Counted from the first letter of the stretch, positions 1 to 10,000 are shown. The stretch is 64,000 nt of DNA from Mobula hypostoma (GCF_963921235.1 NC_086111.1:30690001-30754000); one strand, 5' to 3'. A program made the numbers and translations. Notes: a model not told the origin generated them from the sequence alone.

Positions 1-353
1 GACCTCACTGGCAATTTCACTTACTTCAAAATACTGCTCAATTCACTCAGTATACAGTACCCAATGTCAGTTATCTCCTGGGCTATCTATCTTTCTGATG
101 TAACCAGCCATTTCTGCTATTTTTTAAATTTGTTCTTATTATCACCCAGTACTCACTGTTTATGAGCCCATGAATTTGTCCATTTTCTGCCGTTTTAAAA
201 ATTCAACCTGTTCTCTTTCATCCTTCCAAGGAGACACACGCTGAGCTGCTTTTTTTTAAAACTCAGACGACCCACTATGCTTTTTTTTAAACATCTTGTG
301 CTTCAACGGGTAGGTCTCCATCTCAAGTTTGCTTTAAAAATACATCAACACCA

Positions 354-1234
354 TGATTATTTTTGTAATTCCATAACTAAATGAAAGGATAACAAGGGAG
401 AGCTGGGGCTAATTTGTGTATTTTGTTTTTACTTTCAGTAAGACACTCACACATGATGCTGTGGCATGATAACATATGGGATTCATGTTCTTTTCAATAA
501 ATCCACCAATGTATTACGTAAACCACAAAGAATTGGTTAATCAAACAAGATATTCACAACATTACTCAAATTTTGGTTGGTTGGCATCCATCTGCCTCAA
601 AGGACAATGGGTGATGATCATCATCACAAGCCTGGGTGGAAGGTGTGGAGATCCTGAGATGCCCAGTTGTCAAGATCCCCCTCTCAGCCTCACCAGTATA
701 GCCCAATGGAAAGCTTATGAAGCAATATGTTTGGCACCTGCTTGGCTGCAGGAGCTGCCGGAAGGATGCTCAATGATGTCCAGCTGCCGTAGGGGCTCCA
801 TTTGCTGTCTGTGTGTAATCCCATAGCTTTCATCTCTCCTGACACTGCTCACAAGGCAGTGGTGCTATTTAGCTATTACTGAGGGTTCTGGTTCATGAGC
901 ACCAGGGCAAGTCCACACACTGGTGGACCTGCATGCTACATGTGCAAGGGCCAGATCACCTCCCCATCCTCTGCAGTTCAGCTGAGTCCAAAAGGAATTC
1001 AGTCGCTGGTGTGTCACCAGCGAGGAGGCACTGCATGAAGCTTGCTGTTGGAGAGGCTATGTACTGGCAGGGAGAGACTTTCACATCCAGCTCTCCTTTT
1101 CACAAGACTGCTAGCCAGCAATGGAAGATGAAATTGAAAGCGACAAGCACTAACCACTACACTGCCACACTAGACACATCATAACAACCATTTTGACACC
1201 ACTCAAATATTGCTGAAATATTAAATACACAACA
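354..1234 (-). mobile_element. Possible degenerate solo LTR interrupted by the SINE above
   Basis: TG at 354 and ...ATATTAAATACACAACA at 1234; ACTCAAAT occurs on both sides of the SINE. No convincing TSD. Confidence 0.25.
572..1170 (-). mobile_element. tRNA-head SINE with RTE-like body/tail
   Basis: Minus strand starts with a tRNA A-box-like GTGGCAGTGTAGTGGTTAGTGC and ends ...GATGGATGCCAACCAACC, an RTE-type 3' end with short repeats. Confidence 0.5.
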
Positions 1235-1918
1235 GTCACCCATATTGATTTTCAATTGTTGCTAATGTTTATATTGAAAAAAAACAACAAAAAGGCACAT
1301 ACAATCCAGATTTCAGTAGAAAAATTAGGAAGCAATGTTTCAATTGTTTAGAGACTAGAGCACAGCAATTAGTTTCAGCCATCAAAGTGTCCAGAAAGTT
1401 TTATTGCTTCTTGTCTTAATGCACAGCAGGTTCAGTGATTTGCTAATACGGATGAAAATGATAAAATCGCAGTATTGCTTAACTGTGAATCAATGAAAGT
1501 CATGAACATTGGGAGTTATGGATGAATGGGATTTGGTGTGCATTAGGAAGAAAGGAATTTTGTATTACTTCAAGATTCGGAGGTTAGAGTCAGGGAGGCT
1601 TTCTAAGGATGAGCTTACGTAGTGAAGTCCAGAGCTAACAAAGGCATTGCTGAGGGTTTCAGGAGCAAATAGACTGAAATAGACCTGGAGTCAGAAAATA
1701 TTATGGAGGTTGAAACTGGGAATTTGAATTATAACAGGAATATGAAATACTGCAATTCAAACTGAGGCCATAAGACCATAAGACATAGAGCAGAATTAGG
1801 CCATTCAGGCCATCAAGTCCTTGTATGCAGGGGCTCTGCCCCCTGGTCCTAGACTCCCTCACGATAGGAAACACCTTCTTCATGTCCATTCTTTCAAGGG
1901 CACTCAGTATTTGACAGG

Positions 1919-2121
1919 TGTTATGTTACTTCTATTTAAACATTCTGTGGATTAACAACAAAAAAAAATCATGTTCTGGAAGAATTAGAGAACTTTTATT
2001 TACAGAAATAAACAAACACTTCTTTACCCCCGCCACATGGTGAAACATACTAGCAAACCCCGCGCATGTTCAGTGCTCTCCAATCAGGAACTGGCGCATC
2101 ATTGCGCATGATATCACTACA
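1919..2121 (-). repeat. 3' LTR
   Basis: TGTTATGTTAC...GATATCACTACA; about 90% identical to 3348-3547 by hand count; AATAAA on the minus strand. Confidence 0.93.
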
Positions 2122-2134
2122 TCTTCCCTTCCTT
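2122..2134 (-). promoter_or_regulatory. Polypurine tract
   Basis: Minus strand AAGGAAGGGAAGA directly before the TG of the 3' LTR. Confidence 0.85.
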
Positions 2135-2361
2135 AAAAAGAAAAAATAAAGAACAACATTAATCAAAACAAATACATAATTCAACAAGTCTCTATCAGTC
2201 TCTCTGTGGGTTTACTTGTTATTATTTACAGGTTTTGTCTCATCTTCATCCTTTAACTGAATCTCTGAAGAATCACAACTTCTTTTCCTTAAAAAGAAAA
2301 ACAAATAACAACATTAACCAATAAACAAATCTATATCAGCTAACTGACACTCTGAAGTTGG

Positions 2362-2529
2362 CTCTTCACTATCAGTGTCATAACTCTTCTTGTGCTTCTT
2401 TTTCTTCTCCTTTTCTGCTTTAAGTTTTTCTAAACTTTTTTGTATACTCTCACATGCCTCCTGGTTAGAATCTGGAATTTCAGGCAAGCAGTTCACGCTA
2501 TCCTCCTCAGCAATATCCTTCCCTGCTTC
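2362..2529 (-). pseudogene. SLU7: Probable captured SLU7 fragment
   Basis: EAGKDIA...[23 protein letters not shown] resembles recalled SLU7 EAGKEIV...EKLKEEKKKKKKKKKKHRKSSSDSDDEE with similar spacing; partly low complexity. Confidence 0.55.
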
Positions 2530-2544
2530 TGTTTGGACTGTATC

Positions 2545-2697
2545 TTTCTTAATTCCTTCCACTTCCATTTGTGATGAAATACAAATCTTCTTTTCTTCAT
2601 CTAATTCATTCATTAACTGTGAAATCTCTTTTTTATGCTGAGACTTCATCATTTCAATAAAACTTCTCAATTCCTTCATTTGTGCTTTCACTTCTTG
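2545..2697 (-). pseudogene. SH3KBP1: Captured SH3KBP1 (CIN85) C-terminal coiled-coil fragment
   Basis: [50 protein letters not shown] versus recalled human [50 protein letters not shown]. Confidence 0.83.
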
Positions 2698-2890
2698 CTT
2701 ATACTGTGCCCACTGCGAGCGTTCTTGCTCTAGATGGTGATTAGACTGAATCTCATATTCTCTCAGTCTCTTTCATCATCGCTTGCATTGAAGCAACCTC
2801 TTCCTGCCATTGCTTTTTCACATCATCAATTGCCCCCTGTTTGGTCGTCTCAGACACTGCAGTTACTGCTTTTATATTCTCCATGTCAGC
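2698..2890 (-). pseudogene. RABEP1: Captured RABEP1 (Rabaptin-5) N-terminal coiled-coil fragment
   Basis: [63 protein letters not shown] versus recalled human AEMENIKAIATVSENTKQEAIDEVKRQWREEVASLQAVMKETVRDYEHQFHLRLEQERTQWAQY; one 2-nt deletion. Confidence 0.88.
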
Positions 2891-3248
2891 ATTTTCATAA
2901 AGCACATCTGTATAAAATTCCTCACGTTCATCTTCAATCACAGCATTTACTTGTTTCATTTCATTTTCCTTCCTTCTACTTCTACAACAGTGCGAAAAAT
3001 GATTAATCTTACCACAGCTGTAACAAAGTTTGCCATATCCGAAACACTGATTTGGACAGTATTCCCATGCACAGCAATCACATGACTTTTTTTTTTCAAA
3101 TGCCGTCTTGCTTTCTGTTGGTTTTGTCCGCTTTTCTATCAGCTAAGGTGGCCGATACATATATCTCAAACTGTTGCTTGAATATCCTCCAATTCTCAGC
3201 TTCATAGCCAGTCAGCTGCAATTTTTGTGGGGGTTGTAAACTTTCCAT
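2891..3248 (-). pseudogene. Internally deleted Gypsy gag (N-terminus plus CCHC zinc knuckle)
   Basis: MESLQPPQKLQLTGYEAENWRIFKQQFEIYVSAT, then after a frameshift QCFGYGKLCYSCGKINHFSHCCRS (C-x2-C-x4-H-x4-C). Confidence 0.88.
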
Positions 3249-3333
3249 ATTACTGAATACCATTCAAACTTGTTTCCTCTTTTCTTTTGGATTATCTTCG
3301 ATTTTTGATTCTCCTGTATTATTCTTCCAAAAG

Positions 3334-3347
3334 CACTTCTAACACTA
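3334..3347 (-). promoter_or_regulatory. Primer binding site (tRNA-Leu type)
   Basis: Minus strand TAGTGTTAGAAGTG directly after the 5' LTR; two mismatches to TGGTGTCAGAAGTG, the complement of the tRNA-Leu(CAA) 3' end. Confidence 0.8.
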
Positions 3348-3547
3348 TGTTATGTTACTTCTATTTAAACATTCTGTGGGTTAACAACAAATAATCATAT
3401 TGTGGAAGAATTAGAGAACCTTTATTTACAGAAATAAACAAACACATCTTAACTCCTGCCACATGCTGAAACATACTGGCAAACCCCGGACATGCTCAGT
3501 GCTCTCCAATCAGGAACCGGCACATCATTGCACGTGATATCACCACA
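3348..3547 (-). repeat. 5' LTR
   Basis: TGTTATGTTAC...GATATCACCACA followed by TSD ACAGG. Confidence 0.93.
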
Positions 3548-5099
3548 ACAGGTTTCAATGAGATCCTCCTTCATTCTTCTGAACTCCTGTGAGTAGAGGC
3601 CCAAAGCCATCAAACACTCAATATACATTATCCCTTTCATTACCGGGATCATTCTCATGAAACTCCTCTGGACTCTCACCAATGTCAGCACATTGTTTCT
3701 TAGATAAGGGGCAAAACTACATACAATTCTCCAAGTATTGTCTGATCAATGCCTTATAAAGACTCAGCATTACATCCTTGCTCTTGTATTGTAGTCCTCT
3801 CAAAATGAATACTAACATTGCATTTGTCTTCCTTACCACCAATTCAAACTCCAATTCAACCTTCAGGGAATACTGCATGAGGACTCCCATGTCCCTTTGC
3901 ATCTTTAACTTCTGAAGTTGCTCCCTATTTAGAAAATAGTCTATACCTTCATTCCTTCTATTAAAGTGAATGACCATACATTTCCCTACACTGTACTCTG
4001 TCTGCCACTTCTTTGCTCATTCTCCTAACCTGTTTAAGTCCTTTTGCAGACTCTCTACTTTCCCAAAACTACCTGCCCCTCACCTGTCTTCATATTGTCC
4101 ACAAGCCGGGCCACAAGATCAGCAATTCTGTCATCCAAATCATTGATATATGACAGACAAAGAAATGGTCCCAACACTGACTCCTGTAAAACACGTCACT
4201 GGCAGCCACCCAGAAAAGGCCCTCTTTATTCCCATACTTTGTTTTCTGTCATTCAGCTAATCTTCTAGCCATGCTGGTATCATTCCATACCATGGTAATA
4301 CCATGTGCTCTTATCTTGCTCAGTAGCCCCATGTACAGTACTTGGTCAAAGGCCTTCTGAAAAGTCAAGTAACCGGCACCCACTGACACTCCGTTTTCTG
4401 TCCTACCTGTTATTTCCTAAAAGAATCCCAACAGATTTGTCAGATGAGATTTCCCCTGAAGGAAACCATGGTGACTTTGGCCTGTTGTATCATTTCCTTC
4501 CAATTAGCCTGAAACATCATCCTTAGTAATAGGCTCCAGTACCTTCCCAACCACTGAAATTAAGCTAACTGGCCTACAATTTCCTGTCTTTTGCTAGTCG
4601 AATATAACATCAATACGAATACAAAAAAACTTCTATGTTTCATATACACTCAGTGGTCACTTTATTAGGTACACCTGTACACCTACTCATTAATCCAAAT
4701 ATCTAATCAGCCAATCACGTGACAGAAACTGTATACATAAAAGCAAGCAGACATGGTCAAGATGTTCAGTTGTTGTTTCGACCAAACATCTGAATGGGGA
4801 AGTAATAGGGTCTAAGTGACTTTGACCATGGAGTGGTTGTTGGTGTCATGAGGAGGTGGCTGGGAATGGACCCAAGTACAAGACACAGACACTGAAATAC
4901 TAGGGACAGGACTAGGATACAGGCTAAGGGCAAGGACATGGACACGAAAACCGGGAACCCGGAACAGGACTGGACAAGAGAGCTAGGAGCCCGGGCTTGG
5001 ACTCCGAGCCAGAGACTGGACAAGGACCCAGTACCTGGGTCTTGCCTCTGGCTCGGACTCCAGAACTAGGCAAGGACGAGGCTTGGCAGGCAGGCAGGA

Positions 5100-5403
5100 T
5101 GAGGTTGGAGTCTTCAGGCTTGAGGCTTGAGGCTAGAGACTTGAGGCGAGGCTTGGCAGGAGGCAGGAGGCTAGAGACTTGAGGCGAGGCTTGGCAGGAG
5201 GCTAGAGATTTGAGGCTAGGCTTGGCAGGAGGCTAGAGACTTGAGGCAAGGCTTCAGGCTTGAGGCTAGGCAGGAGGCTGGAGTCTTCCGGCTTGAGGCT
5301 AGGCAGGAGGCTGGAGTCTTCAGGCTTGAGGCTAGGCAGGAGGCTGGAGGCTTCAGGCTTGAGGCTAGGCAGGAGGCTGGAGTCTTCAGGCTTGAGGCTA
5401 GGC
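5100..5403. repeat. Tandem array, ~33-bp unit AGGCTGGAGTCTTCAGGCTTGAGGCTAGGCAGG and variants
   Basis: At least four near-identical copies visible; they produce the repetitive ORFs 5202-5471 and 5241-5615. Confidence 0.9.
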
Positions 5404-5449
5404 ACGGTACTCCTGGGCAGGGCGCGGATCACCACCTGACAGAGGCATG

Positions 5450-5885
5450 GAACAGGAAGGGACAGAACCAACCACAGGTAACGGCAAGACGGCCTGGCTT
5501 ACCGGACGGAGGCAAGGGACAGGAAGTGACAGAACCAACCACAGGTAATGGCAAGACGGCCTGGCTTATCCGATGGAAGCAAGGGACTGGAAGGGACAGA
5601 ACCAACCGCAGGTAACGGCAAGACGGCCTGGCTTATCTGGGCGGAGGTGAGGGACAGGAAGGGAGCTAGGTACAGGGCGGCTCCAGGACGAGACTGCAGG
5701 CGAGGTGAGGCGAGAGTTACCAGCAAGACAAGGCAAGGCTTCAGGTAATGCAAGGTGAGACGTGAACTTCAGCTGAGGCGATAGTTACCGGCAAGACAAG
5801 GCAAGGCTTCTGGCAAAGCAAGGCGAGACGAGAACTTCAGCCGAGGCGAGAGTTACCGGCAAGACAAGGCAGGGCTTCAGCCGAG
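5450..5885. repeat. Two ~66-bp tandem arrays, about three copies each
   Basis: GACAGAACCAACCACAGGTAACGGCAAGACGGCCTGGCTTA x3; GAGTTACCGGCAAGACAAGGCAAGGCTTC x3. Confidence 0.85.
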
Positions 5886-6300
5886 GAAACAGGAGGCAGA
5901 GGAAGGGATACAAGGAGTAGGACAAGAACAATCCAGCAGCCACACCCTGGTCTCTGAAGGTATTTATGCAGCCAGCCCCAACGAGCATCAGCTGCCTCAA
6001 TTAGAGCTCAAGAAGAACAGAAACAGGGTAGACAGGAAAACCTGGAGCAAGGGTCAATGGACCAGACTGTGAACTGGAATACGGACTTCACGGACAGGAT
6101 CATGACAGTTGGTGCCTGATAGGATGGTTTGAGTATCTCAGAAACTGCTGATCTCCTGAACTTTCATACACAATAGTCTCTAAAGTTTACAGTGAATGGC
6201 GTGAAAATTAAAAAAACGTCCAGTAAATAGCAGTTCTGTGGGAAAAATGCTTTGTTAATGAGAGAGATCAGAGGAGAATGGCCAAAATGGTTCAAGCTGA

Positions 6301-6955
6301 CCTCTCTCCCACTGTTCTCTTTCTGCTACTGCCTCTCTTCCTCTCCTTCCTTCCTCCCTCTCTTTCCCATCCACCCTCTATCTCACTCCCTCCACCCCAT
6401 CTGTCTCACCCACAACCCCTCCCTCTTTCCTCCTCCCTACCCCTTCTCTCTCCTGCTCCTTACCCCTCCCCTACATCCTCTCCTACTCTCACCTCCTCCC
6501 TGCTCACTGCCCCCTCACTCCCTCTCTCCCCTCCCTCAGACCCTTCCACTCCATCTCACACCTCTACCCCAGCTACTCTTGCCCACCCTCCACCCTCCCC
6601 ACTCTATTCCTACCCATACCTCTCTTCCCCTCCTCCAGCTCTCCCACAAACCCTGTCCTTCCTCCACCCCACTCCCAAATGACCCTCTTCCCATCCCTTC
6701 CCCACTCCCACCTCTAATCCCTTACCCCTGCTCCTTCCCATATCCTCACTCCTCCCCTTCACCTTCTCCTTCCCCCTGCACATTCCTTTCCCTCACTCCC
6801 CTACCCTCTGTTTCCTTCCTCCTTCCCCTTCCCTGTCCCCTATCCCACTCCCTGTCTTCCCTTTTCCTACCCTCTCTTTTCCCCTCCCCATCTCTACTTC
6901 ATCTTCGCCACTCTTCTCTCTACTCCCTCGCTACCTCCTCCCCTCTTTACTGTTC
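6301..6955. repeat. C/T-rich low-complexity tract
   Basis: About 650 bp dominated by pyrimidines. Confidence 0.9.
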
Positions 6956-6959
6956 CTAT

Positions 6960-7935
6960 AGATGGCAACTTGGCCAAGTATGAGCAGAGGGCAGATAGTA
7001 ATTGGTTTATATTTGGATTGGAAGAATGTGAAAAGTGGAGAGCTGGGACTGTTACCTTTCTTGGATCTATTTTAGTGAGTTGGACCTTGGAGTGCATGCC
7101 ACAATTTCTTAATCTGCAGATGACACAAAGCTTGGCAGCATTGTGAGCTGTGAAAAGAATAGAGATAGTTTGCAGTGGCATATAAATAGGCTGATGGCAA
7201 AGGCAGACACATGGCAGATGAAAATTCTGAGGTAATGCAGTTTGGTTAGAAGGTTGAGGAGCGGTGATATAAATTAAAAGGCATTGTTCTTTAAGTTTTT
7301 GGGTGCAGGGGAGTCTGGGAGTATCTGTACACAAATTACTGAAAGTGGTTGGACAGTTTGGAAGCTAATCAATAAAGTGGACATAATCTGGGATTTATCA
7401 ACAAGTGTACAAAATAAAACCGGGGAAGTTATACTGTATTTTTATAAAACACTGCACCAGCTTCATCTGGAGTGCTGTGTTCTGATCCAGTTGCCGCTTT
7501 GTAGGAAGGATGTGATGGCGCCAGAGAGGTTAAGAACAGGTTTACAAGCGATGAGGCACTAAAATTGCAGTAAATGATTGGAGCATCTGGGGCTACTTTC
7601 TTTGGAGAAGAGAAATCTGAGAAGCTAAGGGAATATAAAGTGGACAGAGTGGATAGTGCAGAGGTCGAGTGCTAGAGGAATATAAAATGAAGAGGAAAAG
7701 ATTAAGAGTGACATGGGGAAAATCTTTTCTCAGCAGCATGTGACAGGAATTAGGAATACACTGTCAGCAGGTGTGGTTGACGCAAGGTCCACGGCAGCCT
7801 TCAGGAGGGAATTGTATTAATATATGGTGGTGAAAAAAATGGAAAGGTTGTGTCGAAAGGGTGACTGGAACCACAGAGTTGCTTTGGTGGAGAGCTGGCA
7901 CAGACATGGTAGGTCAAATTGTTTTATTCTCTGCT
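6960..7935 (+). mobile_element. Old CR1 LINE 3' fragment
   Basis: GCAGATGACACAAAGCTTGG (ADDTKLG) and YKTLHQLHLECCV, followed by a degenerate 3' UTR. Confidence 0.75.
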
Positions 7936-7959
7936 GTAACCTTTTTATGACCAGTGCTA

Positions 7960-8555
7960 TTTTGAATGGTGTGTCCAATCTTCATATGCAGCACTTTATC
8001 AAAATGTTTCTGAAGTCCAAGCAAATAGCATTTTCTAAGTCTCCTTTGATTATCCTTCTTGTTATTATCTCAAGGAATTTCAACAAATTTGCCAGGCATA
8101 ACTTGCACTTAGGGAAACCAAATAAGGACTTTGGCCTGCTTTACTTCCCCATGCCTCTAAATACCCCGAAACCTCATCATTAATAATGGACCATAAGTTC
8201 TTACCAACAACCACCAAAGTCAGATGAACTGGTCTATAATTTCCTGTCTTTTTCCCCTTCCCTTCTTAACGAGTGCAGTGACATTTGCAATTTTCCAGTT
8301 CTCTGGAACCATTCTGGCTCTAGTGATTTTTGAATGATCACTACTACTGCCTCCACAATCTCTTCAGTTACGTATATCTTTTAGAACCATTGGCTGCAGT
8401 CCATCTGACTTATCCACCTTCATACCAGCTTTCCAAGCACCTGCTCCGTAGTAATAGTGACTACGCTTATTTCTGCTCCCAGACCATCTTGGATATCTGG
8501 CATGTTGCTAGTGTCTTCTACAGTGAATACTGATGAACAATACTTATTCAGTTCA
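7960..8555 (-). mobile_element. CR1 LINE ORF2 fragment
   Basis: Reverse complement encodes GNYRPVHLT and MVPENWKIANVT-like motifs. Confidence 0.75.
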
Positions 8556-9100
8556 TCTTCCTTGTTTTGTGTACAGTGTGCATTCAAATATAACACCTTA
8601 AGTCACGTATTCACCACCCCTTTTCTCAAATTTGTTTCCATGTTACCTGCAGTTAAATTCATATCCCTTGCTGAACCTAGTGTTTACTCTGGAGACCTTG
8701 GTAATCTTTCCTGCACTCTGCTTCCTTTTACTTTATCTACACTTCTCTGATTTGTTGAACCCAACACCTCCTCCTCCACCAACTATTTAGTTTGAAACCC
8801 TATCTCTAGCCCTAGTTCTGTGATTTGACAGGAACCTGGCTTTCACAATCTCTAGATCACTGAAAAAGATACTCTGGCACTCATAGTGCTCCCGCGATGA
8901 AAGGAAAACAACAGCTAAATTGGGTTTTGAACTTTTTTTTTGAAAAAATGCCTATGAAAATGAATATATAATTTATTTTGAGATTGTAGCTGAAAGTTAA
9001 ATATAGGTCACATCTCTGTGTAGAGGTTCTCTTCCTTATGAAACACATGAGTGGGATTATCATCATCATCTGAGTGTGGCTGGATATCTCCATCTAACAA

Positions 9101-9215
9101 GTCATCTGATAAAAAGACACCTCTTGTAGTGCACCTGTGCCTCACCACTGCACTAGAATGCTTGCTAGATTTTGTTCTTGAAGTATTGAAGTAGGACTTG
9201 AACACATGGAAGCCT
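9101..9215 (-). mobile_element. Deu-domain SINE (SacSINE1/AmnSINE-like) fragment
   Basis: CACTGCACTAGAATGCTTGCTAGATTTTGT...GGACTTGAAC resembles the reverse-complemented DeuSINE head/core. Confidence 0.5.
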
Positions 9216-9882
9216 TGAAAATGGATCAATTAGTGTCTGTTTTTTGTGGGCAAATTGAACATAAAGTGATTTTAGTTGGGGTTACACCTTCAGGCACAAT
9301 TGCACCCACTGGGACTTTGGCTGGGGAACTCCATACATGACTGATATTTTCCTAGCTACAGTTGCTTACCTAACAAAACTATAGGCTGTGCATTGTATAT
9401 TCCCCCCCCCAGCCCCCATTTATTGGATCTTTAAGATTCAGCCTTTGAATGTTTTGAACACACTTCAAAACTAAGAATGTGTCACATTAATATTGCTAAT
9501 GACATATCAAAGGTTGTCCCCTCTTCCCATCAACCTTTTGTATGCAACATCTGCCAGCCCTGTTTTTCATGTTTGGTAGGTGGAAACCTTTTCACTGATT
9601 GCAGCATTTTATATAATTCAGGTCAGAATTGTCCACTGTGACCTCTGACAGTTGATCATACCTTAGAGTGAAGTGGGAACACTCACACCACTGTAACATT
9701 CTATTCTTAACATATTTTTGGTTGGGTAGATTCTTTATTTGGAGGATCTGGTTGTGCATGGGAATGTTGGGTAAAATTGAATTTTTGGGCTCTCTTTGTC
9801 ACTCTGATGTGAGAGTGCTGATATCTAGTACTAGCGAATAAGGAATTCAACTGTGGTCTGAAAAAAACATGCATTACTTAAT

Positions 9883-10000
9883 ATAAAAATTGCTGGTGAA
9901 TGCAACAGGCCAGGCAGCATTTATAGGAAGAGGTACAGTCGACGTTTCGGGCTAAGACCCTTCGTCAGGACCCTTCCAGCATCTGCAGATTTCCTCGTGT
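9883..10000. mobile_element. Penelope-like terminal-repeat mini-insertion
   Basis: PLE terminal sequence flanked by a 14-bp TSD ATGCATTACTTAAT (9869-9882 and 10001-10014). Confidence 0.8.
9936..9973 (-). ncRNA. Minimal type I hammerhead ribozyme motif
   Basis: Minus strand GGGTC-CTGACGA-AGGGTCTTAGCCC-GAAAC-GTC-GACTG: intact core, stem II, palindromic ACGT stem III, GUC cleavage triplet. Confidence 0.75.

Larger units (their letters stand above)
1919..3547 (-). mobile_element. Non-autonomous Gypsy-type LTR retrotransposon carrying captured host-gene fragments
   Basis: Two ~200-bp direct repeats with TG...CA ends (1919-2121, 3348-3547); 5-bp TSD ACAGG (1914-1918 and 3548-3552); PBS and PPT in minus orientation; gag N-terminus and CCHC knuckle. 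Confidence 0.93.
1768..4594 (-). mobile_element. CR1 LINE, 5'-truncated, split by the LTR element
   Basis: (CATAAGAC)n 3' tail at 1768; ORF2 peptides NAMLVFILRGLQYKSKDVMLSLYKALIRQYLENC and VQRSFMRMIP; CR1 sequence is continuous across the 1919-3552 insertion. Confidence 0.9.
4844..6107 (-). mobile_element. Solo LTR (Gypsy-like) with internal tandem arrays
   Basis: TGTCATGA...TCATGACA inverted ends; 5-bp TSD GTTGG (4839-4843 and 6108-6112); TATA-like ATAAATA on the minus strand near 5965. Confidence 0.8.
4647..6301 (+). mobile_element. Tc1/mariner DNA transposon, 5' part, split by a solo LTR
   Basis: TA followed by TIR CACTCAGTGGTCACTTTATTAGGTACACCTG; degenerate transposase N-terminus (LSDFDHGVVVGA...GLSISETADLL) resumes after 6112. 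Confidence 0.85.

Noticed and set aside
2314-2959. Genuine RABEP1 or SH3KBP1 gene exons
   Set aside because: The fragments are fused to each other and to gag between LTRs, contain a frameshift, and lack splice sites at their borders.
5202-5753. Repetitive ORFs on both strands and a CRISPR-like periodicity
   Set aside because: These are head-to-tail minisatellites inside an LTR, with no unique spacers and no cas genes, in eukaryotic DNA.
6252-6983. 243-aa Pro/Ser/Leu-rich ORF
   Set aside because: Artefact of a pyrimidine tract that lacks stop codons.
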